Positions 25,762 through 36,444 are shown, counted from the whole stretch's first letter. The stretch is 62,911 nt of DNA, filler included, from Octopus bimaculoides (GCF_001194135.2; 9 parts of 9 records of this genome joined end to end with filler, not necessarily neighbours in it), one strand, 5' to 3'. The notes: a model not told the origin generated them from the letters alone. Made by a program: numbers and translations.

Positions 25762-26809
25762 TAATAGGTTGTCAAACAAATTCATTCATTTCTTTCCAAT
25801 GTCATTTGAATTAATTCAAAAATATTTTTTATCATGTTTTTGTTTTCTAGTTTTATTCTTCCTCTACAGCTTTTGTTGAATGTTTTCAAAATTTGTATAA
25901 ATTTTATCTCTTGTCAGATATACGACAATGGAGTATCAAGTAGAAAAAATTAGCATTTTTGATATCTACTTTTCTTTGCTTTCAATCAGAGTACCAAAGT
26001 TGCTTATGACATTTGTGCTGTGTATTGAAAGAACTGCACTGAAATGGTTTACATGCTCCAAGGAGGAGAAATTCACCTGTACAGGCTCCATGTTCTGACT
26101 GACCTACACAGTTCAATGAGGATTGATTAAGCAAGCTCATCCATGAGGATCTGCACATTGAACAAAACACAAATTCCAGCACTCTCCTATTGCTGCCTGT
26201 TTGCTCACTTGACACCAAGCTACTTGTGGACACAGATCACATCATCACTGGCAATGAAAAATGGTGTCTTTACTTCAATAACGAAACAAAGAGAATAGCT
26301 GAGTCCCAACAAGCGAGCAACTCCTCAAGCCAAGCCATAGCCGCTTCCTACATTTGGTGGGGTTGAGAAATGCTAATCCACTACAAATTGCTTAGCAACA
26401 ACAACACAGTCAATGCAGAGTTTCATGTCTAGCTGAAACGACCTAGCTGGCAATGCATTGTGCTTCTTCAATGTAGCAATGACCACTATGATATTGCTAA
26501 TTTGACCAAAGATGCTGTTCAAGAACTTGGTTGGGAAGTTCTACCACACCACCATATTCTCTTGATATAGTGCTTTCAGATTATCACCTATTCCAGTTAC
26601 TCTCCAGCAGTCTATGATGAGTATTATTCAATACTGATGGAGCTTAAAACATGGTGTAATGAATTGAGACAAAACCTGGCAACTTCTACCATCAAGGCAT
26701 TGAAAAGCTTGGGAAACATTGGCATGAAGTCATAAACAATCAAGAAGAATGACTGACTAAAAAAAGTATTAATACAAAATGAGGATTAAAAAATTAGGAC
26801 AACCAAATA
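25762..26809 (+). mobile_element. Degenerate near-full-length mariner
   Basis: TIRs are taATAGGTTGTCAAACAAATT (25762) and AATTAGGACAACCAAATA (26792-26809). Peptides: MEYQVEK (25929), IITGNEKWCLYFN (~26243), LGWEVLPH.PYS.DI..SDYHLF (~26527), GIEKL (~26695). Confidence 0.85.
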
Positions 26810-27611
26810 GTTATATTAATGTACGTCATACATTGATATGGAGAGAATTTTCAAATGACCTCAAATTTATTTTGTTCTGTCGCAACTGATATGTAACATC
26901 ATTTTTTAAAAATATATTTATGAATATGTATCTAATATTGCAAGGTGTTTCTTTTATATTTTCAGGTTTGAGCATTCACCTTTCAATGAACATCTAATTA
27001 TGTACAAATACACTCATAGAAAATATAAATACATTCGGAGTAATTGAGTAGCATACAAGAGGCTTTATTTCCCATTTCCTGTAGCAAATTTATCCCTCAT
27101 TTATCATGGCAAGTAAGGTCACCTTCCTCTATGCATGACCACTGGTGTTTGTAAATGGCTTTTTTTGTATTTGTGTCTTCAACATGTCCATTTAATAAAA
27201 TTCCCTTTTATATGAATGGTTTTTGAAATGCTTGTGATGGAGATGTGTGTGTGTGTACACGCACACACACACACACACACACACACTCTCTCTCTCTCAC
27301 ACACACGCACACACCCTCTTTCTCGCATCATTTCAGTCCATTTTCAATAATAGCACAGGTTGGATTTCATTATGATCTGAGTCAGTTCTTGTTCTGAGTT
27401 ACTGTCATCATTCCCCCCCCCCAACACACATATATATGTGTGTGTGTGTGAGTATATGTATATATGTGTGTATGTATATATATATATATATACATGTGTG
27501 TGTATATATATATGTGTGTATATATATATGTGTGTATATTTGTGTATATATATGTGTGTATATTTATATGTATATATATATATATGTTTGTGTATATATG
27601 TGTGTATTTAT

Positions 27612-28191
27612 TTATATATTTATTTATATATTTATTTATGGGTTTCAGCCAAGTGGCTGTGGTCATGCTGGAGCACCACCATGATTTTCCGTCTTTATGC
27701 TGTGCTCTCTTCACGTTCCTTGCATGGCACTTCTCCTCCACCTGATATAGTCCAATCAAGAGTTTTGATGGCACATCTGGGGTATAAGAGAATTCGACAG
27801 CGCTGCCCTATATTGTGTCTGATTTCGAGCCATTGGTTCGTCTGGTATTGTGGAGAGGAAAGCATCAAGTTTTGTCTTGAAGACCTCCGCATCCATGTCT
27901 CGCAGGTCTCTCAAATGTTTTGGCAGGGCATTGAAGAGCTGAGGTCCTCTGAAACCGAGGCTGCTGCAGTATCTCGTTCTTATGTGAGATGCAGTGGACG
28001 GGACCTTTGGCACCATGCAGTGGCGACCCGTACAGGCATTCCTGTAGTACTTGATGCCAAAGTTTGGCACCAGTCCTTCCAGTATTTTCCATATGTATAT
28101 TATTACATATCTCTCCCACCTGCGTTCCAGGGAGTAGAGACCTAGTGCCTTCAGTCGCTCCCTGTAGTTCATCTGTTGGACTGTGGCTATC
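27612..28191 (-). mobile_element. CR1-group LINE 3' end: intact ORF2 C-terminus, 3'UTR and (TAAA)-like tail
   Basis: ORF 27756..28172(-): YRERLKALGLYSLERRWERYVIIYIWKILEGLVPNFG...GPQLFNALPKHLRDL...FKTKLDAFLSTIPDEP. The stop is at 27756-27758, followed by a UTR ending GGTGCTCCAGCATGACCACAGCCACTTGGCTGAAACCC-ATAAATAAA. The 5' part is lost in the join. Confidence 0.92.
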
Positions 28192-28291
28192 NNNNNNNNN
28201 NNNNNNNNNNNNNNNNNNNNNNNNNNNNNNNNNNNTTAATTAATTAANNNNNNNNNNNNNNNNNNNNNNNNNNNNNNNNNNNNNNNNNNNN
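28192..28291. other. Synthetic assembly join (44N-TTAATTAATTAA-44N)
   Basis: Linker at 28236-28247. Confidence 0.95.
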
Positions 28292-29718
28292 GTCGTTACT
28301 ACGAACGAAAGTTGAGAGAGTTTGAATGTGATTGTTCTGGGTGTAATTGTAGTAGCTGTCAAAAAGTTAGCTGCCGTCCGTTTATTTTGATTGTTCTCAG
28401 CTCGAGTCAGCTGCTGTCCGCCATCTCTTTTGGCCGTGTCCTATGGTGTTTGTTAATGCTCTCTATCAAGTAGTTAAGGTATGCTGAATATATACTGATG
28501 GATAGGCTGAGAAAAAAGTGCGGAAAAATGGGATTGTAGTTGGAGCCAGCTGTAGGCTAAGTCGTGATTGATCAGATTTTGCTAACTACGTAGGTAATAT
28601 TCTAGCGAATCGCGACATCAAATATAGTGATCGGAAAGAAAAACAATAAAGAAAAACAAGAATTGCATCCCCTTCGTTCATCGAAATCAGAATTAAATGG
28701 ATGATGTTCCAATCAAAGTTAATACAGCAGTTGTAAAATATTTCAACAGGGAGGAGGCCTAAATCGGTGAGACTGCAAGTTCAATCCGGAGAGGTTACAC
28801 ATAGTCTACACCTCTTTGATCTATTTACATATGGCGTGGATCGCTCGGCGATGCCCCACTTGATTGCATTTGGCCTTCAGATTTCATATATGACCAGCTA
28901 ACTTTGGAGCTTTATTCCTATTCATGTGTTGGAAAGAAGACTGGTAGTTTACGTATCTTTTTATATAATTACATCGCATAAACCAACATCATTTTTCTTT
29001 TGGATTGCCTTATTTTGAAGCATTGCTGTGACTTCGACTTCGTAAATTACTGAATTGAGCAAGCTTCAAAGTGGCGACAGTAACAACTTCGATGGGCTCT
29101 TGGTGTAGCTAAAACATCTCATATTCTTTTTAGATTCAGGAGCACCACGGCCCTATTTACTTCCAGACTCGAAACTTTTAGTCATTGTAAACATAGGGAC
29201 AATTTTCTTTTTTGAACTCGAAGACACCACTCTCTCTGGATTAAGCTTACTGTCTCACTGACTTTGGCCTCCTCGTTGAATTATTTCAAACCCACTATAT
29301 TAATTCTATGACCACAAAGGGGACGCAACTCTTTTTCTTTCTTGGCTTTCTCTTTTTTCCCTTTTGTTTTCCTGTTTACCACTCCACAGTATCCTTTTTC
29401 GTTCCGCTTGTTTTCATTTCACCTTTTGCCTCCACATTCCTCTCGTGTTTTTCTCGTATTTTGTAATGGACCAGCGTCTTTGCTTTTCTTTACTTTAAAG
29501 AATTTTTTTTTTTCAAATAAGACCGGCCATAACTATTTCACACTGATAATCACAAACCTCACCCCTGTTTTTCTTTCTTTCCGTCTTCCTCTTAAACTTT
29601 ATCAGTCATCATCTATTNNNNNNNNNNNNNNNNNNNNNNNNNNNNNNNNNNNNNNNNNNNNNNNNNNNNNNNNNNNNNNNNNNNNNNNNNNNNNNNNNNN
29701 NNNNNNNNNNNNNNNNNA

Positions 29719-30826
29719 GACACCACATAAAACATCGTTTTATGTTTATTCTAACTTGTAATGGTTTATGTCTTTTTATTAATTGACATTTTTATGTTTC
29801 AGGTTCTATATGTGACTGTTTAATAATGCCACGTACAAAAGAAGACTCGGAACTGTCTGAATTTCAAAGAGGCCGTATTGTGGTTCATTCTGAAGGTGGA
29901 CATAGCGTAAAACTGCATAAGACCATGGGACCCTGCTTTCTACGGTTATAGAGTGATTGTGCAATTCACTAGAGAAGGGAAGGAGTCCACATCACCCCGC
30001 CCAGATCAACCAGGATCCTCTGACAGGACCCTTGTCTTTATTAATAGAAGTATGGAAGATAATCTTCGTTGCAAGGCCTCTGATATAGCAGGACAATTTG
30101 ATGTCAGGTGTCTCCACAAACTTAGTTACTATGTCAGAGCAGCAAGACGGAAGCCATTTCTTTGACCAGCCAGCATCGAGCGTAGAAAAGATCCGGCCAG
30201 TGAGATGGTGTAGAGGCCACTGGCATTTTGGGACACTGTCATATTCTCTAATGAGTCCAGATTTGCTGCATTTCCGGACAGTGATCGAGTGTGGGTCTGG
30301 AGACTGTGATCAAGAAGTTGATGTGAAAAGATTGCATCCAACAATGAAACACGGTAGCTATTCCGTGATGGAGCAATTTAGAGCAATGGTTGATCAGAGC
30401 TGGTGGAGTGTAAGGGAATCATAAACTCAGATAAATACATGTCCATATTGCAGAGAGGATTTCTTCCAATCTTCTCCAGTGGTGAAATGATTAAAGAAAA
30501 CTCTTTATTTATGGAAGATGGGGCTCCTTCTCACAGGGCTAAAATGACCCAAGATTTGTTGGATGAGAATGACATAAAAAAACTTCCATGGCCAAGCCAC
30601 CCACCAGATGTGAACCTTATTGAACACCTCTGGGACATAATGGACAGAGCATTTCATAAAAATCTGATCAGTAACATGCCTAATAGGGTCCTTGCATTGA
30701 AAAATGTAAAGGGCATGTCTACAAAATATTAAATATTCACATTATAACAATTAATAAATAATTTGAATGTATAATTTCAGATTTAAATAAATTTTAATGA
30801 TTGTAAGGGTGTCTATTTCTGCCGTG
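29719..30826 (+). mobile_element. Tc1-like DNA transposon (DD34E), frameshifted pseudogene
   Basis: ATG at 29826 MPRTKEDSELSEFQRGRIV; VIFSNESRF (first D mutated to N); FMEDGAP...NLIE with exactly 34 residues between D and E; stop at 30732. The right TIR reverse complement CACGGCAGAAATAGACACC shares AGACACC with the gap edge at 29719. Confidence 0.9.
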
Positions 30827-30854
30827 TGTGTGTGTGTGTGTGTGTGTGTGGTGT

Positions 30855-30936
<82 letters not shown>

Positions 30937-31383
30937 AACGACTAGGAACTACGTAATCGTTTTCATTGGTTAACCACTGTTTCTGCTATGAAAAGCAATG
31001 CACTCGAGCGTGAGTGTCTACACAACAACCTATAGCTTTGTCTGAATCATTTCAGTTAGGTTTATGCATATTTCAGGAAGTATTACATGCCGTCTTATGC
31101 AATCTTTCGTTTTATGTCCAATAAGAGTGGACAATAACGTAAAAGGAAGGAAAATAGCTCAAGTTGAACGAAACTCCTAACCGTTAATAATTATTAACGA
31201 TTAGGATTTTCGTTATAATTGACAATGATCGGCTGCAAAATGAAAATGAACTACATCTGGTTTGTGTGTGAGTGGCAAAAGAAAAAATGATACTCTTTTA
31301 TTTCTGAGTGAAATTTATTTGAGTCTTGTTGTATTTCGGGACGGTAATCTTTTTTTTTTTTTTTTTTTCCAAATAAACACACT

Positions 31384-31577
31384 CACTATATATTCGTTCT
31401 TCGCGCGTTTATTACTGTTCTTATCCTAACTCATGTCCATTGTCTGGGGATCTTTCGTCACATATCTGTAACCTCTTCCGTCTCTGTGTGTGCTCTTGCT
31501 CCGACGAAGATTTGCGGACGATGGACACGATTTAGAATAAGAGCGGTAATGAACGAGTGAGGAACGAATATATAGTG
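31384..31577. mobile_element. 194-bp MITE with CAC(TA)-starting termini
   Basis: A perfect 16-bp IR, CACTATATATTCGTTC (31384-31399) / GAACGAATATATAGTG (31562-31577), continues imperfectly inward for ~60 bp. Confidence 0.7.
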
Positions 31578-31814
31578 CAAAAAAAAAAAAAAAGAAAATG
31601 ACCATCCTGAAATCCAACAATATCTGTTTCAACACTCGATTTCACATCAAGAATCTTGCAACACAAATCCATTTAGTTGAATCATTTGTCAAACTCCTTC
31701 AGCTAATATGAAATAATTTCGTTGGACTACAACGTCTGAAGCACTTATGACTGACACGAATGATAGGTTTGTGAAGATAGGTGCTAAGTCAGTTTGTTCT
31801 TTTACTCTTTCATT

Positions 31815-32010
31815 CTTTCATTTGCTTCAGTCATTTGACTGCGGTCATGTTGGAGCACCACCTTTAGTCGGACGAATCGACTCCAGGACCTATTCTTTGT
31901 AAGCCTAGTACTTATTCTATCCGGCTCGTCTGCCGAACTGCTTAGTTACGGGTACCTAAACACACCAGCATCGGTTGTCAAGCAATGAGTGGGTGGGGTG
32001 ACAAACACAG
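31815..32010 (-). mobile_element. SINE family A, 3' half
   Basis: ttcagtcatttgactgcggtcatgttggagcaccacc...gcatcggttgtcaagc. Confidence 0.85.
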
Positions 32011-32092
32011 GCACACAAATATATACATACATACATACATACATACATACATACATACATACATACATACATACATAATCATGCCAAGGTAC

Positions 32093-32347
32093 TATTGGAT
32101 TGGTGCATAATTACCGCAGCTTTTTTTCAACAAATTTTATTCAACAAAAACAATAACAATATTTAACAAAATCATCTTTAAATGGCGGTCTGACCGTCTG
32201 CCAAGCAAATGGGAAGCAGTTATTGAAGCAGATAGTGAATATGCTTCAGAATAATCATTTAAAGATGTTTTTGTTAAATGTTGTTATTGTTTTTGTTGAA
32301 TAAAATGTATTGAAAAAAAGCCGCAATAATTATGCACCAACCTAATA
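32093..32347. mobile_element. Hsmar1-like mariner MITE, TA-flanked, ~90-bp IR arms
   Basis: TA|TTGGATTGGTGCATAATT...AATTATGCACCAACCTAA|TA. The central spacer encodes the transposase C-terminus DRLPSKWEAVIEADSEYASE*. Confidence 0.9.
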
Positions 32348-32472
32348 TAATCCTTTAAGGGATGTTTGCATCCTAGTTCTCCGGTTTATGCCAGTGTTCA
32401 GTGGAAACTAAATACTTTAGTTTTGCCTTGGTGTATATTGGTATTAAAATATTAATGAATGAGAAAGAAGAA

Positions 32473-32555
32473 GAAACTGGAGAAATTGACGTATAGACAT
32501 CATTTTACTCAAAGATATTCAAATTTTATGTCTATACGTCAATTTCTCCATTTTC
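32473..32555. other. Short perfect hairpin (23-bp stem, 27-nt loop)
   Basis: TGGAGAAATTGACGTATAGACAT (32478-32500) / ATGTCTATACGTCAATTTCTCCA (32528-32550). Confidence 0.85.
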
Positions 32556-33511
32556 TTTTTTCTCATATATATATATATATATATATGTAAGAACGACCGT
32601 GCGAACCAAAAGGAGAAATCGTGACGAATGGAAAAACAGGTTCCTTCTTTAAATGCGTCACACGGCCGAACACAAAAATATAAAATGATATGTATGTTAT
32701 AATACTATAACATAGAGAATTCGTAAATGCCAGTAAGGAAAACGATATTGAACCAACCGATAGAAATGTATAACAGTAAGATTTATTGTAGCATTTAATT
32801 GTATGTCTGTGTGTGAGTGAATGCGACATAATAAGACACATTAAAGACAGGCCGTCATGTAAAGAGAAGAGTGTGTGCGAGTAATACATGTATGTGAATG
32901 CGAAAGATACAAGTATTGATAAGAGTCAGTAACACGTAAAAGAATTTATACCAGTTCTTTGTTAGAGTGCACAGTGGTAAGTATCTGTATATAAGAAGTT
33001 AAGGCGTTGGGGCAGAGCGGTCACTCGTCGTGATGTTAGGGCTTCTATGCCGGGCCGGGTTCTTGAATACAGATGTTCTTCGCAGGCTGGGTTCTTGTCT
33101 GTTAATTTCGTGGTGAGGCGATTCACACAAACAGGGCTGAAAAGCTGCGGTTAGCTGTTGGTAGCTTGTGTACGTAGAAGTCATGTTGACGCTGGCGGCG
33201 ATGCTGGTAGTCGTAGAGTCGTGTTGCTGCTGGCGACGTCGGGGGCGATGCTTGTAGTTCTTAGTTGTACGNNNNNNNNNNACACGAAACCGATTGGTAA
33301 GGCCAGCCATGATGGGCATTTAATACTATACATTTCGGATAATATATATATATATATATATGTCTCTTTTGAATATGAAAATTTAAAAGTTTAAAAACCT
33401 TATAATATAAATATAAACTGTGAGAACGACCCTTAAGGAATCTAGTTAATGATCTCCTAAGGTAAGTTCTTATGCTATATTGGTAACGGTTGCTACATCC
33501 TCTGGGAAAAT

Positions 33512-33547
<36 letters not shown>

Positions 33548-33989
33548 TATATTATTATATGATTGAATACCACGCATCCTCTTCCAAGTAAGTTTAATCG
33601 TAATAATTCTGATGCGCACTCTATACGATCTTTTTACTTTTTCGTTTCTCTCTCTCTCTCTATCTATCTCTCTCCCTCTCTCTCTTATTCTTTTACCTCC
33701 TCTTCTCCCACTATTCTATCCTATTACTCTGTCACTCTCTCTCTCTTTCTCCCTCATTCCTCTTCCCTTGCTCACGTGGCTCCCACGTGACTATCGGCCA
33801 TCTTTCTTTCTTTCTCTCCGTTGTAGCTGGAACAAAGAAGACGTTTCTTGTTTGTCCCCTGCCCTACCTTGATTTACGCGTTCGCCGCCACAACCTCGTT
33901 TAGGCTTAGCAGCCCTTCCTGTTTGTTTTCACTGTCCTGTTTGTGTTACCAATTTTGACCCTCCGCAAAATCCCAAATTTTATTTAATT

Positions 33990-34195
33990 TGCTTTGCGAG
34001 AGCAACTGTTGTTAAATGCTCGAAATATGAGACTAGAAAAACAGCCAACAATTGATAAAGGGTCGTTCTTTGTGTTGTTTGTTTTGTTTTCCCTTTGTGT
34101 CTTTCGTTGTTCGAAAGAATAGTTCATGTTCCATGTACTCGTGCTTCGTACTTTTTTGTTGTACACGTTTCGTGACGCCCTGTGCCCACATATGC
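33990..34195 (+). mobile_element. Penelope-like terminal repeat (family P2)
   Basis: aatgctcgaaat...cagccaacaattgataaagggtcgttctttgtgttg...gtgacgccctgtgcccaca is homologous to 55225-55415. Confidence 0.5.
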
Positions 34196-34209
34196 GCGCG
34201 CGCACACAT

Positions 34210-34254
<45 letters not shown>

Positions 34255-34354
34255 NNNNNNNNNNNNNNNNNNNNNNNNNNNNNNNNNNNNNNNNNNNNTT
34301 AATTAATTAANNNNNNNNNNNNNNNNNNNNNNNNNNNNNNNNNNNNNNNNNNNN
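34255..34354. other. Synthetic assembly join (44N-TTAATTAATTAA-44N)
   Basis: Linker at 34299-34310. Confidence 0.95.
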
Positions 34355-34600
34355 TTCAGCGTGACACAGTGTGACAAGGCTGACCCTTTGAATTACAGGC
34401 ACAACAGAAACAAGAAGTAAGTGTGAGAGAAAGTTGTGGTGAAAGAGTACAGCAGGGTTCGCCACCATCCCCAGCCGGAGCCTCGTGGAGCTTTAGGTGT
34501 TTTCGCTCAATAAACACTCACAACGCCCGGTCTGGAAATCGAAACCGTGATCCTATGACCGCGAGTCCGCTGGCCTAACCACTGGGTCATTGCGCCTCCA
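34355..34600 (-). mobile_element. SINE family C, 5' two-thirds (3' end lost in the join)
   Basis: Ends ...cactgggtcattgcgcctcca, the reverse complement of the head. Confidence 0.9.
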
Positions 34601-35166
34601 CCAACTTGTTATGCCACAACACTGGTAAAAGAAAAAAAAAGACAGAGAGCAGAAAGAATACATGCAATTTTAGAAAGGATTTGAAAAATCTTCGAACTAG
34701 AATAACATAAAATTGTACAACACAAAAATAATCGCCATCTTGTCAACGATACTTGTAACAATAAAAGGCAGATACAATTTATTATTGCTGAAATTTCAGC
34801 CTACCTACTTAAGTAGCAGATGCTTCTAAATGATCTCCTGATCATCTCGAAGTAGGAACCATATTTTCCCCAATTACTCACTAAAATATTTTTTAAAAAA
34901 ACGTTTCCTATAACGCGATCCAAGATACGCTGTAAAGTGAAACAGGGAAACCCAATAGCGAGATGGTCACATATGGGATACGGTTGATCATAGGTTGCTT
35001 GATTGGGCCTTATCTGAGTTACCAGACAACAGCAACAATATCAAATATTACGGTTGTGTGACACTGAGATATTAGCTACTAAATATGTCTGCCTGTCTAT
35101 ATCTCAGTTTATCGGTACTCATCTATCGATTTCTGTACCAGTCTGACTCGCGATATCTCTCTGCCT

Positions 35167-35211
<45 letters not shown>

Positions 35212-35337
35212 ACCTTATATGTATCTCTGTATGTATACACACACGCACGCATATATATACACGCATATATATACACACACACAAACGCACACACAAACGC
35301 TGTGTGTGTCTGTGTACAGACAGAGACACATATACGT

Positions 35338-35632
35338 TACTCGACTCACGATCGGAAGGTCGTGAGTTCAATTCCGGCTACGTGTTGTGCCCTTGACCAA
35401 GACAATTTATCTCACGTTATTCCAGTCCACTCAGCTGGCAAAAATGAGTTGCACCTGTATTTCAAAAGGCCAGCCTTGTCACCTCTTGTGTTACACTGAA
35501 CCTTCCTCAAACTACATTAAGGATACGACTGCCTGTGGAGCGTTCAGCCTCAAGTACGTTAATTTCACGAGCAGGTTGTTCCATTGATCGGATCAACTGG
35601 AACCCTCGTCGTCGTAACCGACGGAGTGCCAA
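35338..35632 (+). mobile_element. SINE family C variant with a different central (CORE-like) domain
   Basis: gtgagttcaattcc B-box, then gttgtgcccttgaccaagacaatttat...ccagtccactcagctggcaaaaatgagt, then the family C tail gtcgtaaccgacggagtgccaa. Confidence 0.8.
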
Positions 35633-36082
35633 GTTATCTGCTGTGTGTGTTGGTGACATCACTTCGTTGGTTACTGTGGATGCATATATATTTCACATGC
35701 ACACGTATGATGTAATCAAAAAGTACTCAAGCGAAATAGAGTGGAGAAAGAAAACAAATGCTAGCGGTGTAAGCGACTATGGATGATAAACAGGAAGAAG
35801 TCATTCCAAAGAATTGAAAATTCATTTTACAATATTAATTTACAAGCTTCGGAGTAAAGTCTAACTTTATCAACAGGCAATCTGAGAGATTCGGACTTGG
35901 ATTGGTATAATCAAACTGAAGCTGGATCCGTTGCTTGACAAAGGTTTCCAAACGGAGCCAAATTAACTTACGAAGAAATAAAATTGATTGCAAGAAAGAA
36001 AATAATTCAAGTGGAACAAAGCCCCGAACTTAAATAGCTAACTTAAGGAGGCGATCAACAGAACGTATGTATAAATGGAGTC

Positions 36083-36281
36083 TAGGACATTTACCCCCCC
36101 CCCCCCTGGACAATAAACTCCAAGGACAATTACTCTTGAGGACAACAGATGATGATTTAAAATTTCTTAATATATTGGAGAGAGGGTAATTAACCAATGC
36201 GGCTAATTGTCTTAGTGGGTAGATGACGTCGGGGGAAATTGTCCTATGGGAGGTAATTGTTCCCGGATGGTAATTGTCCTG
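36083..36281. mobile_element. MITE with tandem GGACAATTACC-like subrepeats in inverted arrangement
   Basis: Left: ggacatttacc, ggacaataaac, ggacaattact, ggacaac. Right: gctaattgtct, ggaaattgtcc, ggtaattgttc, ggtaattgtcc. Confidence 0.65.
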
Positions 36282-36444
36282 CTACGATATAAATGTAAAC
36301 GACGCTTCCGTGTGTCTTATGAAGCTTTGGTGCTGCGTTGTCAAGCTGAACCTGAAACCGCATAGATTCGAAACGGATTTCTTAATCACGTGGCCATATC
36401 TGCCTATCAATTACATTTTTCAGAATCATATTATTTTCTTTCAT

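Noticed and set aside
29130-29290. Possible second Tc1 HTH remnant on the minus strand
   Set aside because: The similarity is too weak, with stops and no TIR.
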